Below are positions 1-14,699 of a DNA stretch of 64,000 nt, in pieces. The stretch is from NCBI GenBank assembly GCA_009914755.4, contig CP068257.2:43552001-43616000 (forward strand), written 5' to 3'. How positions within the stretch are numbered: position 1 is the stretch's first letter; every line of letters begins with the position of its first letter. The position numbers were made by a program, and so were the translations under genes. This DNA is from the human T2T-CHM13v2.0 reference genome, Homo sapiens. A model generated the notes under the pieces. The model saw only the letters and a list, made by a program, of their open reading frames with translations. It made no database searches and had not been told where the DNA came from.

Positions 1-279
1 GCATGGTAAAGACCTGCCCCTATGATTCGATTACCTCCCACTGGGTCCCTCCGACAATACATGGGAATTGTGGGAGCTACAATTCAAGATGGGATTTTGG
101 TGGGGACATAGCTAAACCATATCTATAGGATTCTCATTTCTTTTTTTTTTTCCTTTTGTCTCCGTGGGGTACAAAATCTCATTTCTTTTTGTGTATATTC
201 TACAGGTATTTTCTTTGTGGTTACCATTGCAATTACATAAGACATCTTTAAATTATAGCATTCTATTTTAACTTAAACT

Positions 280-2100
280 TCAATTACGTAGTAAAACTTT
301 ACTTCTTTACTTCCACCCCTTCACACTTTGTTATTGAAGTCACAAATTACATCTTTATATACTGTATATCCATTAATATACATTGTAGTTGTAATGTTTT
401 TGTCATTTAAATTTTATGCACCAAAATTACAATAGTATTGGTTACTGTATTTGTCCATGTGCCTCCCTTTACAGGAGAACCTTATTTTTCCATACAGCTT
501 AATGTTGCTATTTACTGTCTTTCTATTTCAACTTGAAGGACTCACTTTAGCATTTCTTGTAAAGCAGGCTAGTGGTAATGTACTCCCTCTACTTTTGTTT
601 ATCTGGAAAAGTCTTAATTTCTTCTTCATTTTTGAAGGACAGTTTTGCCAGATCAAATATGCTTGGTTGACAGGGTTGTTTTTTTTTTTTTTTCTTTCAG
701 CACTTAAAATATATCATTCCACTCCTTTCTGGCTTGCAAGGTTTCTGCTGAGAAAGCCACAGGTCTTATGAATCCTCCCTTGTATATGACAAATGGCTTT
801 TCACTTGATGCTTTTAAGATTCTCTGTCTTCACTTTAGACAGTTTGATTAAAATGTGTCTTAGTGTGGTTCTCCTTGGATTTATCTGTATTTCATTTCTT
901 TGAGCTTGAACTTGTATGGTCCATTTTTTTCCACAGATTTGGGAAACTGTTAGCAATTATTTCTTCAAATAAGCTCTTAGCCCCTTTCTCTCCCTCTTCT
1001 CCTTCTGGTATTCCTAGAATACTTGTATAAGTCTGCTTGATAGTGTTCCGTAAGTCCCTTAGTCTCGCTTCACTTTTCTTCATTCTTTTTTCTTTTTGCT
1101 CCTCTGACTCAGTGATTTCAAAAAAAGACAGTGACCTGTCTTCTTTTTTCCACCTCATCAAGTCTTCTGTTGCATGCCTTTAATGATATTTTCAGTTCAG
1201 TTATTGTATTTTTCAGCTCCAGAATGTTTGGCTCATTTTTATACTAATATCTCTTTGTTGATATGCTCATTTTGTTCTTGCTAAGTTTTTCTTATTTTGT
1301 TTAGTTGTCTATGTTCTCTTCTAGCTCATTAGGCATCTTTATGACAGATATTTTAAATTCTTTTTTAGACAGCTGATAGATGTGCATTTCTTTAGGGTCA
1401 GTTTCTGGAAATTTACTTTTGGTCCTTTGGTTGGGCTATGTTTTCCTGTTTCTTGTATGCCTTGTTTATTTGTGTGCTTTGCTAATATTTGGGCATTTGA
1501 AAAAAGAACCATCTCTCCCAGTCTTTGTGTACTGGCTGTGTACAGAGAAAGTTCTTCACTAACAAGCTGGCTAAAAAATCTAGGACCTCTTATGCTTTTT
1601 CTGATTTCCTGCTTCTCCTGGTGTCTTCCTGGAAAACTGTAGCTCTAATGTGCTGCTTGCCTCTGTTTTTAGTGGCTCCCAAACTCTGGCACCAGTCTCA
1701 TCACCGAGTCTGATGAGACTCAGGCAAGACAGAAACCAGCCCTTTGGGCAGACTCCAGACAGCCAGAACATCAGACTAATGATCCACTCTTTTGTTTCCA
1801 TCCCAAGAGAAGAGCCCCAGTATGGAGGCTTCCTCCCACTTAGGGGGCACCTTGCTATTTAGGGAAAGGGGAACAAACAGGCATGCCAAACATCGTGAAA
1901 TTTCCTATCCCTTTCATTGGAATCTCTTCCTAGTTTTACAATGGACTGGATACTGTAGCTTCTCAGTTGGTCTCCAGAGTTCTCACAGAGCCATTCTGGT
2001 CTGTATATTGTTGTTAACTCAGGGTCTCTATGGGGGAAAGAGGGCCTGTAGCTTCCTAGACTGCCATCTTGTTGAAGTCGTAGTCCAAACACCATTGATT
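280..2100 (-). mobile_element. Old L1 (L1M/L1PB-like) fragment in antisense orientation. The following AT-rich segment to about 2790 may belong to the same or another L1 piece.
   Basis: Strong similarity to remembered L1 antisense text (..cagcacttaaaatatatcattccactcctttctggcttgcaaggtttctgctgagaa..). Confidence 0.6.
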
Positions 2101-2793
2101 TTTTAATGTTAACCTTATGGCCAGCAACTTAACTCACTTCTTATTCTATTTATACTTTCCTGGTTGTTCTTGAATGTACCAAGTCACAGTCTGTAGATAT
2201 TGACTGTTCTATATCTTCTTTTGTTATACCAGTGTTATTTTTCTTTATTCCTGCTGTCCAGGACCTTGGATGATATGTTACAGCACTGTCCATGTTTTCT
2301 TCCTGAATCTGAGAGAGATTGTGACTGAAGTTTCTCCATGATGTACAGTTTTTCCTACAGGGTTTTAGTAGGTAGCTTCATCATGCTAGGAAAATTCTGT
2401 TCTATTCCTATTGTCTTAGAGCCTTTTTATTATCATATATTGGTGTTACTTTATCAAATGTTTTATGTGTGTCTATTTTTAATAATGGTAAATAATTAAT
2501 AGATTTCCTGATGTTGACCACCTTTTTGCAATTTTGACATAAACCTTACTTTATTATAGTCACTCATTGTTTTAACATACTGTTTGATTTGGATGACTAA
2601 TATTTTACTTAGGATTTTTGTTTATAAGTTAAATAGGCCTATACTTTTTCTAAACTTTTTAATTGTTCTTATCTGATTTTGGAATCCAGGTTAATATAGC
2701 CTCATAAAGTGTGTTTGTCTTCTTGTTCTACTTTCTGAAGTCTCTTCTGTGAGACAGCAGTGTATAGAACCCAAGAGTGAAAACATCCAGTCC

Positions 2794-2836
<43 letters not shown>
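2794..2836. repeat. (TA)14 followed by T16.
   Basis: Direct reading of the sequence. Confidence 0.95.
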
Positions 2837-3639
2837 GTAGTTATCTTCATGGTCATCCTCATCATTTTGGCAGGAGACCAGTCTAGTTGTAATTTCAGGT
2901 CCTTTTCTGGTTACTAGTTTCTTAAATTTTTGTTTCTTCTAGAACAAATTTTTAGCCTTCATATTATTCTAGAAATTTATCTAGAATTTGAAGGTTTGAG
3001 GCTTCTTTGAAATAAGCCAGTCGATTGTGGCATTCAGGCAGAGAAGGTGGATCTATAATTAGAGAATAGAGTAGTGGTAGTAAGAGAATGAGAGCTAAAA
3101 AAGAGTCAGCTAATGCAGTCAGAAAGAAGAATGCTAGAATTTTACTATAGTAGAGCTACAATAATTTCTGTGGTTATGGTTTCAAAGAGAAGGTATGGGA
3201 AGGAGTAACCAAATAAGGTGGACATTTGAAAATTATGATGTATTGTATTTTACAAAGATAGCCCCACCCCAATGCCTCTCATCTAAAATCCTCTCCAACA
3301 ATGTGACCTTGCCACTGTACCATTAAGAGGTGACGTCTCTGTCCCATGCCCCTGAATCTGAGCCTGTCATGTGGCTGCTTTGAATAAGAGAATGTGGTGG
3401 AAGTAATGCAGTGCTAGTTCTGGCATAGCCTTAATTGGCCTGACAACTTCCATTTCTTGCCTCTTGGTGGCAGCCACCATGTGAGAGTTGTGACTACCTT
3501 GAGACCACCGGGCTATAAGAAGCTGCCCCTCCGTGTAGAGAGGCCCTGGAAGATGAGATGCCACTTGAAGACAGAGAGAGGGCAAGGAACAGTGAAGCAC
3601 CAAATGTGTAAGAAAAGAGTTCACCTGGAAAATGGAAGA

Positions 3640-5010
3640 GAGAAGACAAAATTACCAATATCGGAATGGGAGAGGTGAAATTACCACAGATGCTACAGAT
3701 ACTAAAAGGATTGTGAAGAGAAATTATAAACAAGGCTATGCCAATTGACAATTTAGATGAAATGGACATATTTCCTGAAAGACACATACTACCAAAGCTC
3801 ACTTAAGAAGAAGTAGATAACTTGGGCTATCTATATGTATTAGAGAAAATGAATTTGTAATTTAAAGCCTTTCCCACCAAAAATGACAACAAAAGAAAAA
3901 CCCCAAGCTCAGATGGCTTCACTATTGAATTCCAAACATTTAAGGAAGAAATACCCATTTTGCACAAAATATTCCAAAATTGAAGTGAAAGAGATACTTC
4001 CCAACTCATTCTGTGAGGCCAGCATTTCCCTGGTTCCAAAACCAGATGAAGACACCACAAGAAAATAAAACTACATGTTAAAATGTGTCATGAACATAGA
4101 TCCAAAAGTTCTAGCAAAACTTTAGCAAACCAAATACAGCATCATGACCAAGTAGGGGCTATCCCAGGAATTCCAAGCTAAATGAAACATTTGAAAAATC
4201 AATATAATTCACCATATTAACAAACTAAAAAAGACACAGAAAAGGCATTTTGCAAAATCCAACATGTGTTCCTCATAAAAACTCATAGCAAAATAGAAAT
4301 AGAAGGAAACCTTCTCAACCTGATAAAGGAAATCTATGAAAAATCTACAGGTAATGTCATTCTTAACAGGGAAGGACTGAATGTGTTTGCCTAAGATCAG
4401 GAACAAAACAAGATTGTCTGTCTCCCCACTTCTGTTCAACATTGTATTGGAAGTTCTAGCCAGTGCTATAAGGTCCTAAGAAATCAGTGGTATCCATATT
4501 GAAAAGGAAAAAGTAAAACTGTCTTTATTTGCAGACATACTTATCTATGTAGGAAATGAGATGGATATTATACAAAACTATGAGAATGAATGAATGATTT
4601 TAGCATTGTGGCAAAATATAAGATCCAAAATGTAAAATACAAAATCAGTTATATTTTTTACACCTGCAACAAGCAGTTGAAATTGAAATGTGTAAAGCAA
4701 TACACTGAAAGCTGTATATTGAAAACTGTAACACATTGCCTAGAGAAATTAAAGAACTAAATAAATGGAGAGATACATCATGGTCACTGGTTGGAAAACT
4801 CATTATTGTCAAGATACCAGTTTTCACCAGATTGATCTATAGACTCAATGCAATCCTAATCAAAATCTCAACAGGATTTTTTGGAGAAATTGACAAACTG
4901 ATTCCAAAATCCATATGGAAATGCAAAGGACATAGAATAGGTAAAACAACTTTCAAAAGGAAGAACAAAGTAAAAGGCTAATACTACCTGATTTCAAGAT
5001 AGTAATTAAG
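3640..5010 (+). mobile_element. L1 ORF2 fragment, sense orientation.
   Basis: ORF2-like sequence. ORF 4736..4981 translates to the L1 ORF2 motif KELNKWRD...KIPVFTRLIYRLNAI. Confidence 0.7.
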
Positions 5011-5338
5011 AAAGTATGATTTTGGCATAAAGATAAGTATACAAACAAGTGATTCCTTATTATTTAGAGTGGTTTTAGGTTTATAGGAAAATTGAGTGGT
5101 AGATACAGAATTTCCCATATACCCAGTGCCCTCACGTATGCACAGCCTCCCCATCATCAGCATCTCCCACTCTAGTGCTATATTCATTACAATCGAAGAC
5201 ACATCATCATCACCCAAAGCCCACAGTTTACAATGGCGCTCACTCTTGATGCTGCACATTGTCTGGCTTTGGACAAATGTATAATGACCTGTATCCACCA
5301 TCACAGTGTGAGACCAGAGTAGTTTCACTGCCCTAAAA

Positions 5339-5535
5339 ATCCTCTGTACTCTGCCTGTTCACCCCCTCTCACCTCCTAACCTCTACTCTGCCTGTTCACC
5401 CCTCTCACCTCTTAACCTCTGTATTCTGCCTGTTCACCCCTCTCACCTCCTAACCTCTGTACTCTGCCTGTTCACCCCTCTCACCTCCTAACCTCTGTAC
5501 TCTGCCTGTTCACCCCTCTCACCTCCTAACCTCTG
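5339..5535. repeat. Tandem repeat with a roughly 39-bp unit x 5. Unit ctctgtactctgcctgttcacccctctcacctcctaacct.
   Basis: Direct reading of the sequence. Confidence 0.9.
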
Positions 5536-5539
5536 GCAA

Positions 5540-7090
5540 CAGCTAATCTTCTTAATGTCTTTGTAGTTTTGCCTTTTCCAGAATGTGATCTAGTTGGAAT
5601 CATACAGTATGTAGCCTTTTCAGATTGGCTTTTTACACATAGTAATTTACATTCAAGATTCTTTGATGCCTTTTCATGGCTTGATAGCTCATTTTTTTTA
5701 AGTGCTAAATAATAGTTTGGATGTGCCACAGTTTATTCATTCACTTCCTGAAGGTTCATTGCTTCCACGCTTTGGCAATTACAAATAAAGCAGCTATAAA
5801 TATCTGTGTGCAGGTTTTTTTGTGGACATGAGTTTTCAAGTCCTTTGGGTAAGTACCAAGGAGCACGAATGCTGGGTAGTATGGTGAGGATATGTTGAGT
5901 TTTGTCAGAAACTGCCAAACTGTCCTTCAAAGTGGCTGCACTGTTTTGCATTCCCACCAACAATGAATGTTGTCCCACATTGTCACCAGTATTCAGTGTT
6001 GTCAGCAGTTCTGGTTTTGGGCCATTCTAATACACATGTAGTAGTATCTCGTTTTAATTTGCAGATTCCTAATGACATATGATGTGGAGCATCTTTTCAT
6101 GTGTTTATTTGCCATCTGTATATCTTCTTGAATGACGTGTCTGTTAAATTTTTTTGGCCAATTTTTAATCAGGTTGTTCATTTTCTTATTGTTGAGTTTA
6201 GAGAGTTTTTTGTATATTTGGAAGAGTTCTTCATAGATTTATCAGATATGTCTTTTGCAAATATTTTCTCCTAGTCTGTGGCTTGTCTTTTCACTCCCTT
6301 GTCTTTCACAGAGTAGAACTTTTTAATTTTAATAAAGTCCAGCAAATCAGTTATTTCTGTCATAGATTGTGCCTTTGATGTTACATCTGAAAAGTCATCA
6401 CCAAACCCAAGATCATCTAGATTTTCTTCTGTGTTATCTTCTAGGAATTTTATAGTTTTGCATTTTACATTTAGGTTGTGACCTACTTTGAGTTAATTTT
6501 TGTGAAGGGTGTAAAACCTATGCCTAGATTCTTTTTTTTTTTTTCTGCATGTTTATGTCCATTGGTTCTAGCACTGTTTGTAGAAAATACTACCTTTTGT
6601 CCATTTCATTGTCTTTGCTCTTTTGTCAAAGATCAGTTGACTGTATTTATGTAGGTCTGTTTCTAGACTTTTTATTCTGTCCCATTGATCTATTTGTGTA
6701 TTCTTTCACCAATACCATGCTGTCCTGATTACTCTAGTATAGTAAGTCTTTAAGTCAGGTAATGTTAGTATTACAGCTTCATTATATTCCTTCAATACTG
6801 TGTTTGCTCTTCTGGATTTCCCTTTTTATATCAGCCTTAGGAACAGTTCATCAATATCTACAAAATAACTTGTTGAAATATTGATTGGGATTGTGTTGAA
6901 TCTCTATGTCAAGTTGGACAGAACCAACGCTGAGTCTTCCTAGCCATAAATATGGAATATCCATTTATTTAGTTCTTTGATTTCTTTCTTTGGAATTTTA
7001 TAGTTTTACTTATACAGATCTTGTACATACTTTGTCAAATTTATACCTAAATATTTCAGTTTTGGGGGTGTTAGTGTAAATGATGTTGTG
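5540..7090 (-). mobile_element. L1 3' portion (ORF2 end / 3' UTR) in antisense orientation.
   Basis: Antisense of the L1 ...ttgcattcccaccaacaatgaatg... region. Confidence 0.6.
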
Positions 7091-7836
7091 TTTTTAATTT
7101 CCAATTCTGCTGTTCATTGCTGGTCACAGTTAATTTTTGACCAAGGCACAAAGGCAATTCAGTGGAGAAAGAATAGTCTTTTCAACAGTGATGCTGAAAT
7201 AAGTGGATATCCCTGTGCAGAAAAAAAAAAAGCAAAAAAAATCAAGCAACCAAACAAATGGACTTCACTTATATTTTGCACCTTATACAAAATGAATTTG
7301 TAATGGGCCATAGACCTAAATGCATAAAAATTCTGGAAACAGGAGATAATGTTTGTGACATTGAGTTAGGCAAGTTTTTAGCTACACTAAAAAAGACTTT
7401 CCATAAAAGGAAAAAAACTGTCAAAGTTTAAAAATTACTTCTTTCAAAAGGCACTGTTTAAACAGTGAGAAATAAACTGACAAACAGGGAGAAAATGTTT
7501 GCAAATCATATATCTAATAAACGATTGGTATCCACAATCCACTGTTACTCTCAAAACGCAACAAGGGGAAAATAGTTTTTAAAATGGGCAAAATGTTTGA
7601 ATGGACACTTCACCAAAAAAAGATACACAAATGTGAAATAAGCACATGAAAAGCTGGTCAACACCATTAGTCACTGATGAAATGCAAAGGAGATGCCACA
7701 ACACATCTCTTGGAGTGGCTGAAATTAAAAAGACTGGCCAAACCAAATGTTGACAGTGATATGGAGGAACTGGTACTGTCATCCACTGTGGCTAGGTATG
7801 TAAATAGAACAATCACTTTTAAAGACAGTTTGACAC

Positions 7837-8133
<297 letters not shown>

Positions 8134-8143
8134 TTACAGATAT

Positions 8144-8441
<298 letters not shown>

Positions 8442-9416
8442 TTACAGATATGCCTGCCATGTAGCCTAGCCATTTCACTCCTAGTGGTTTACCAAAGAGA
8501 AATGAAAGCGTATGTCCACGCAGACTTGTAAATGAATGTTTGTAGGACTTTCTTTGTAATAGACAAAATAGTCAAAAACTGGAAGCAATCCACGCGGCCA
8601 TCAACCGGTAAATAGATAGAACAGACGGTGGCATATCCATGCAGTGGAGTACTACTGGGTGAAAAAAAGAACAGTGATACACACTACAGCATAGAGAAAT
8701 CTCAAAATAATTACGCAGAGTGAAAGAAGCCAGATGAAAAAGAGGAATTACCATACAGTCCCATTTGTATATATCTCGGGAGAATGCAGACTAAGCTGCA
8801 GTGGCAGAAAGCAGGTCAGTTATTGCCTAGTGGGGACAGAACGAGATGTAAGGAGACAGGAGGTTTGGGGAGTGAGGTCACATGGGTACATACAAATGTC
8901 AAAACTTACCACAGTGTCCCTTTAAGCGTGTGCAGTTTATTGTATGTCAGTTGTACCGCAGTAACTCCAGGGGAAGAAATCACATGAGAAAATGCTTATA
9001 TAAGTAAATGACAGAAAGCACCACAACTATATGAATTAGAAAAATTCAAATAAGTTAGAAGGATGCAAACAGTAAAGTTAAGAGCAGAAATTAGTTTTGT
9101 AAGCAACAAAGATGTAGCAGTGAGCAGTAACAAAGCCTCTAAGATGTCAGTACTTAGAGCAGGCAGGTTGATTAAAGTCAACAGAACCGGTGAGGCTGAT
9201 CAAGAAGACAGAAGGCACTACCAAAACGTATCTGGAATGAAAACACGGATATCCTTCAGGGTCCAGCAGAGATTGCTACAGTGGAGAGTCCTAGACACTT
9301 CAGCACTGATAGGTTTTAAAACTGAGACAAAATAGAACATTTTCTAGAAAAGTGTACATTGCTAAAAGTGACTTAAGCATATGCAGAAAATTGGAATAGA
9401 ACTCTGCCTATTAAAT

Positions 9417-9454
9417 CACACACACACACACACACACACATACACACACACACA
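9417..9454. repeat. (CA)n microsatellite.
   Basis: Direct reading of the sequence. Confidence 0.95.
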
Positions 9455-10289
9455 GAGAATAAATTAAGAAAATAGAAGGAAGGAGAGTCTGTGGAGAGAG
9501 GGGAAGTGGTTGGCCCAGACAACATTGAGTGAGTTCTAGACATCGTTTGTGGGATGATGATCCCCATTTTATGTAATATTTTCCAAGGATAGAAAAGTAG
9601 GGAATAATTCTGCAGCTCATTGTGTGGCTCATAACTCAAAGGTTACTACAACCTTTATCTCCACACCAGACAAGGACAGTAAAGGAAAACAAAACAACAA
9701 CATGTCATGGAAATACACATTTATACACTTACATTATCTTTAAAAATTTAGCAAGCCAAATTCTATTTTATATTTTTTAAAGCTTCATTAATTCCTCTTA
9801 AATCTATCATTTCAATGTGATTTTAATAAAAATCTTATTTTTTCATAGTACTTAAAAGTTGAATCCCAACATGGCAATAGAAAACTAACAATATAAAACC
9901 ATAGTAATCAAAAGTGAGTGGTAATTTTCGGCAGAACAGTGGCACAACATACAATCTGAAAAGACCTGCAGACCCATGGGGCAGCACTGGTGATCAGGCC
10001 TGCCCGTGTTTAAAAGAAAATGTAAACTAGATGGAGGCTTGTCTCTCTCACAGAAAATTAAGTCCAAAAATAGGTGGCCCAGAGAAGCTCTGGTGGCTCC
10101 ATGGTCTGGAGCCTGATCCCTCTTTGTCCCGCACCATCTAAGAGGTCTCTTCTGAGTTCAGGGTCTTCATAATCCCTAGAGCTGACGAAATCCCTGAGTA
10201 CCCAGTCTGAATTCCAGGCACAGGGACACTTCAGCCAGCTCAGCTCATCATCCAGAGCTCAGGCACAGGGCTCCACTCGCTATGGGGCA

Positions 10290-10570
10290 GCTGGGGTGGC
10301 CGGGCTTACACACTCAGCCACCTGGAAGAGGACTGGGGCTCTGTCATGCAGGAGGAAGGGAAGAAAGGCAGGGCTGCAGCCAGCAGTCTGTGCTAGACGT
10401 GGTGCTCGCAGAAGACATGGACAAAGTAGCCAACGACCAGTCCTGGAGAAACAGGCTGTCTGTGCAGAGAAGCAGCCCACCATACACTATCCAAAGCACA
10501 TGCTAGGACAGTTAAGGACCTGAGTATGCAGAGCAGTGCCTGGCAGTTGCAGGGTTCTTCAATAAGGCAC
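10290..10570 (+). mobile_element. MIR (SINE) fragment.
   Basis: 3' core resembles MIR: ..gcagagcagtgcctggcagttgcagggttcttcaataaggcacag.. versus the consensus cagtgcctggcacatagtaggtgctcaataaa. Confidence 0.4.
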
Positions 10571-13500
10571 AGAAAACCCCAATTATAAAGAAAAGTGAAT
10601 AAATTTGACTAAATTAAAATTTCAGGAATTATTTACTATAACCCACATATTTGGAAAAGAAAAGCCACATATTGGGAAGAGATTTCTGATGTCTCATGTG
10701 ACCAACAAAGGATTCGACTTGGTTACAGGCTGACTCCTGCACCTGCATAGCACAGAGCCATCCATTTGGAGGATCCTTGCTGGGGCGTGGGGATGTCACA
10801 CACATAAATGCAGGAGTCGGGGCTCATGGACCTGAACCCTTCAGATCCAAGCCTTTTATTATATAGTAATTAGACTTTACCTCAAGGAAGAAACAAACAC
10901 AAGCTGATAGAACCTAGCATGGGTGGGCCAAGAAATAGCAAATGGCCAGAAAAGTTGCCCGGAAAGAGCCCTGGTGGCCAAAATGATGCCAGTTGGCTGC
11001 AGCTGTGTCCCTGCTCTGGGAGAGTTGAGAGTGGGGAGCAGCCACCTTGGAGGGCCAGGTGGATGGGGCTGGGTGAGGCTGAACTGTTCCCCTTACACAG
11101 GACACAGTGACAGGCAGAGGGCCCAGGGCCATGGTAGGTTGGGGGTGGGGTGGGAGCCACAGCACTGCCATTGGAGGTCACCAGGGTGTCCATCCCACTG
11201 GCAGGCAGTTTGGCGGTGAATGCAGCCCCAGAGAGTTGTCCACAAGACCATGGGGTGAGAGGCTCCCATGGGGTTGGCCACCCCACGGTGATTATGTTGG
11301 CGCGGGAGCCGTGGGAAGGAACGAGAGTCTTGGTTCAGATGACCTCGGCCTGTGTCCTCAGCTGCACAGAGCTGTGGGAACAAACAAGACCATCCAGAGG
11401 AGGACCAGCAGCCTGTCTATTCAGAGTCGGCTATGGCAAGGGGGCCAGAGCACTGTGTTGGGCAGACTCAAAGGCACGCACAGGAAGGGGGATGGCTTTA
11501 TTGTAGGGAAAGGGGGAGGCTTTGGGTATGTTCTGATGGAGGTAGGGGAAGCCAAGATGGGCTCTGCAGAAGGTGGCCTCCCGTGCAGCTGCTTGAAGAA
11601 CCCAGGGGCATCTCTGGCTGGTCCTGGGTTGAAAGCAGGAAGGAATGGGCGTGGGGCAACCACTAGGAAGCTGTAGTCCTTCCTGAAAGCCTGGCTGACT
11701 GGGCCGAGTGCTGTGGAGGCTGTGGTTTGGGTCAGAGTAGTTCTCCTGCCCTGTGTGGTCTGGCCGACGTCTGTCTGCAGCTCAGTCTCTCAGGCCGGGC
11801 CCTTTACTGAATCAGGGGACAGATCAGATGATAGCAGTCTGGACTCTGTTCCTAAAGAAATGGCACAAGGAAAATGAAAGACGAAGAAGGCCAGGCACAG
11901 ATGCCTAGACCCGGGTGCACTGAGCCGAGGCCATGCTGTGAGAGTGGGGACACCTGTAGGTTCCTTGGGTGTCAGCCAAACACACTTCATGGCACGCTGT
12001 GAGTGGGCACCTCCCATGGGGTCCGCAGGACAGGTGGCTGTGGACATGTAGTGGGTATCTCTAGGAGACGTCCTGCCTGCAGTCTTGGCAGAGCTTTACT
12101 TGTTTTATTCGCATGGACGCTGACTGTGTCTGACACCCTCTCGCTGGCGCTAGGCGATTTCATCCTGATGAAGTTTGTCCCAGCTGTCCTTTGTGAGGTG
12201 CATTAGTGGAAGCTGGTGCCACACCATTTCCCACCCAGGGCCTCTGCAGAGCTGTAGACACTCTTGGAATTCTCTTTCAAAGCATACGTTCAGAATTAAT
12301 GACTCCTAACAAATGAAGGTTTCTGCAGGATCACTGCTTTAAAGTTTGCCCAGAAGACCTAATTCAGCTTAAAGATGCTGAGTCCATAGAGGCTTCTAAT
12401 CTGTAGAAGAAAGGGGCCTGTGTTTCTTAGAGGTATTGAATCATTTCATGCTTTTTCTGTAAGTTAGGGAAACCTTCATTTTCATTTCCATTTTGGAAGG
12501 TGGAAGGAATGTGTCATAGGAATTGGAGGATTTGTCCATTCGACACATATTTATTGATCTTCTGTATGTGCCAGGTACATATTGTAAGTGCTGGGATAGG
12601 TCAGTAAAGAAAGCAGACAGAAACCTCTTCCTGCACTGGGGTAGGATGGGAGCAGAGAGTCCAACATGGATCTGTAAATTATGTGGAAGTCAGAATGGGG
12701 TTGGAGGGCTTGGGCGGCAGGGAAGGGAGACCTCAGGCAGCAGGTAAGCAAAAGGCTTGAGTGGCTGGGAAGGGAGGCCTCCCTCAGAACGGCTTTTGTA
12801 CAGGGACCTAAAGTGGGGGCAGCCATGGCTGCCTCTGGGATTGGTGTTCCAGCTGGTGGACCTGTGGACAGAAGCTTTGGGCAAGCAGCAAGGAGGTCCC
12901 TGAGGGTGGCCAGAAGCTTGGGGACAGGTGCAGGGTGAGAGGTGACAGGGCTGGGGGATCTGGCCGGAGGACTGCTGGCATTTTCTTGGGAGCCACTGGA
13001 CTGTTTTGTGCCAGGGAATGGCCTGTGCTGGCCCACGTGTTCACAGGGGTCAAGAGGAGAGGGCTTGGGGCAGGCACCGGGTTCCCCTTAGGAGAGGGCG
13101 TCATGACACAGGCAGGGGGGCATGACTTGACCCATGGCGTAGCAGTGGCAGTGGCCAGAAGTCAGGTCCTATATCTCTTCCAAAAGTGGATCCCAGGTGA
13201 TCTGCTGATGACTGCTGTGACAGGGATGAGCAGGGTGAGGGTGACCCCAGAGTGGGGACTGAGCAGCTGGAGGTCAGTGCTGGGGCATATCCAGAATGAG
13301 GCGTAAACAGGTGAGGTTGGCGGCTGTTTGTCATGTGCTGCCTACCCCACTTGCCAGCTCTGCCCTGCTAGGCTCTTGAGGGGGCATGGAGTGGCCCTGA
13401 GACTTCAGGCCTCCAAATACAACTGTGGGCATTGTCAGGCAGAGGCTGTGCCACGGAGTGAGTGACAGAGGGGGGATATATGGAGGCTGGTTCCAGTCTG

Positions 13501-13620
13501 GGCGTCAGCCTCCTCCAGTCTCAAGTCCTGCCACATCCGCAGATCTAAGCCCGAATGTTTCTCATCTGCCCTGGCCTCCCTGTCCCCACACTGCCCAGTC
13601 GACCTTCATTTCTGACCTGT

Positions 13621-13975
13621 ACTGCTGAGCGTCTTCCCCTGCAGCGTGTGCTGAGCATCTTCCCCTGCAGTGCGTGCCACACTGTGCTGAGCGTCTAACC
13701 CTGCAGCGCGTGCCACACTGTGCTGAGCATCTTCCCCTGCAGCCTGTGCCACACTGTGCTGAGCGTCTTCCCCTGCAGCCTGTGCCACACTGTGCTGAGC
13801 GTCTTCCCCTGAAGCGCATGCCACACTGTGCTGAGCGTCTAACCCTGCAGCGCGTGCCACACTGTGCTGAGCATCTTCCCTTGCAGCCTGTGCCACACTG
13901 TGCTGAGCGTCTTCCCCTGCAGCGTGTGCCACACTGCTGAGCGTGTAACCCTGCAGCGCGTGCCACACTGCTGAC
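13621..13975. repeat. Minisatellite with a 36-bp unit, about 10 copies, in the ADARB1 intron. Unit ctgagcgtcttcccctgcagcgtgtgccacactgtg.
   Basis: Direct reading of the sequence. Underlies the repeat-artefact ORFs 13562..14020, 13606..14091 and 13674..13940. Confidence 0.95.
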
Positions 13976-14699
13976 GCCACTTCGTAAAATGCGCATGCGC
14001 CAGCCCCTCCCCTGAGACACTCCATGAAATTAGATTGGGCCACTCCAGAGGCCTCTCTCTGCCATCTGAATACCGCCCCCTCCCTCATCAAGCTCCTGGC
14101 TGCTTAGGGGCCCCTGCCCTGCCCCTCTGCCCTGGCTGCCCTTGCTGCTGTCCTGTGTCCCCTGCCCCCCAGGCTGGGACATGCGTTCCTCCCTCAGCCT
14201 CACAGCCCCCTCCTTTGGGGCTAAGCTTCAGGGTCACCCCAGGAGCATTCCTTCAAGTACATACACCCCTTTTTCTTTTTCACAGAACCCCGCCCTTTCT
14301 CCCAAATTGATTTTACCTCAATTTATAGTTCTTCATTTGTCTTTTTATTGCATTATTGTTTAGCTCCTGAGCTGTATCTCCCCCCAGGTACTTCACACCC
14401 TGTGTATGTAGCGCCCAGCAAAGGGTGCTCCAGACACAGCAACTCCCAGGCTGAGCAGAGCATCTCTGCTCTTTGTGGGGCTCAGAAAGAGAGAACAGGC
14501 ATATTGTGAAGGCATGTGTGTGTTGGAGCTGATAATGAATACCTAAGTTGCCATTGGCATGCATCATTGGTGTCATGCATGTCAGCTGCACACGTGCAGT
14601 CGCTGTAAATCCCCACACCCTACCTGCCTGTGCATTCAGTGCCATTGTCACTTGCAGAGAACAGGAAATAAGCAGTTTAATGTTTTGAAGGACCTCTTG

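Noticed and set aside
3060-3640. Segment resembling an old L1/MaLR 3' terminal motif (ccaccatgtgagagttgtgactaccttgagaccacc...), considered for a separate mobile-element call.
   Set aside because: I could not assign a family confidently from memory, and its position upstream of a sense-oriented L1 ORF2 is inconsistent with being that element's 3' end. Left unclassified.
4736-4981. ORFs with protein-like translations at 4736..4981, 51827..52072 and 52926..53111.
   Set aside because: They are fragments of L1 ORF2 (reverse transcriptase / C-terminal region) within degenerate L1 copies, not host genes.
10880-11700. Stack of overlapping 85-189 aa ORFs in all frames on both strands in a GC-rich block, a possible nested gene in the ADARB1 intron.
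   Set aside because: Openness in many frames at once is the signature of GC-rich, stop-codon-poor non-coding DNA. There is no frame-specific codon bias and no recognisable domain or splice-site architecture. It may be an old LTR/ERV remnant.
13562-14091. 152-aa and 161-aa minus-strand ORFs and an 88-aa plus-strand ORF.
   Set aside because: Generated by the 36-bp tandem repeat (periodic RRSAQCGTGCRG / HCAERLPLQPVP peptides). The region is intronic.
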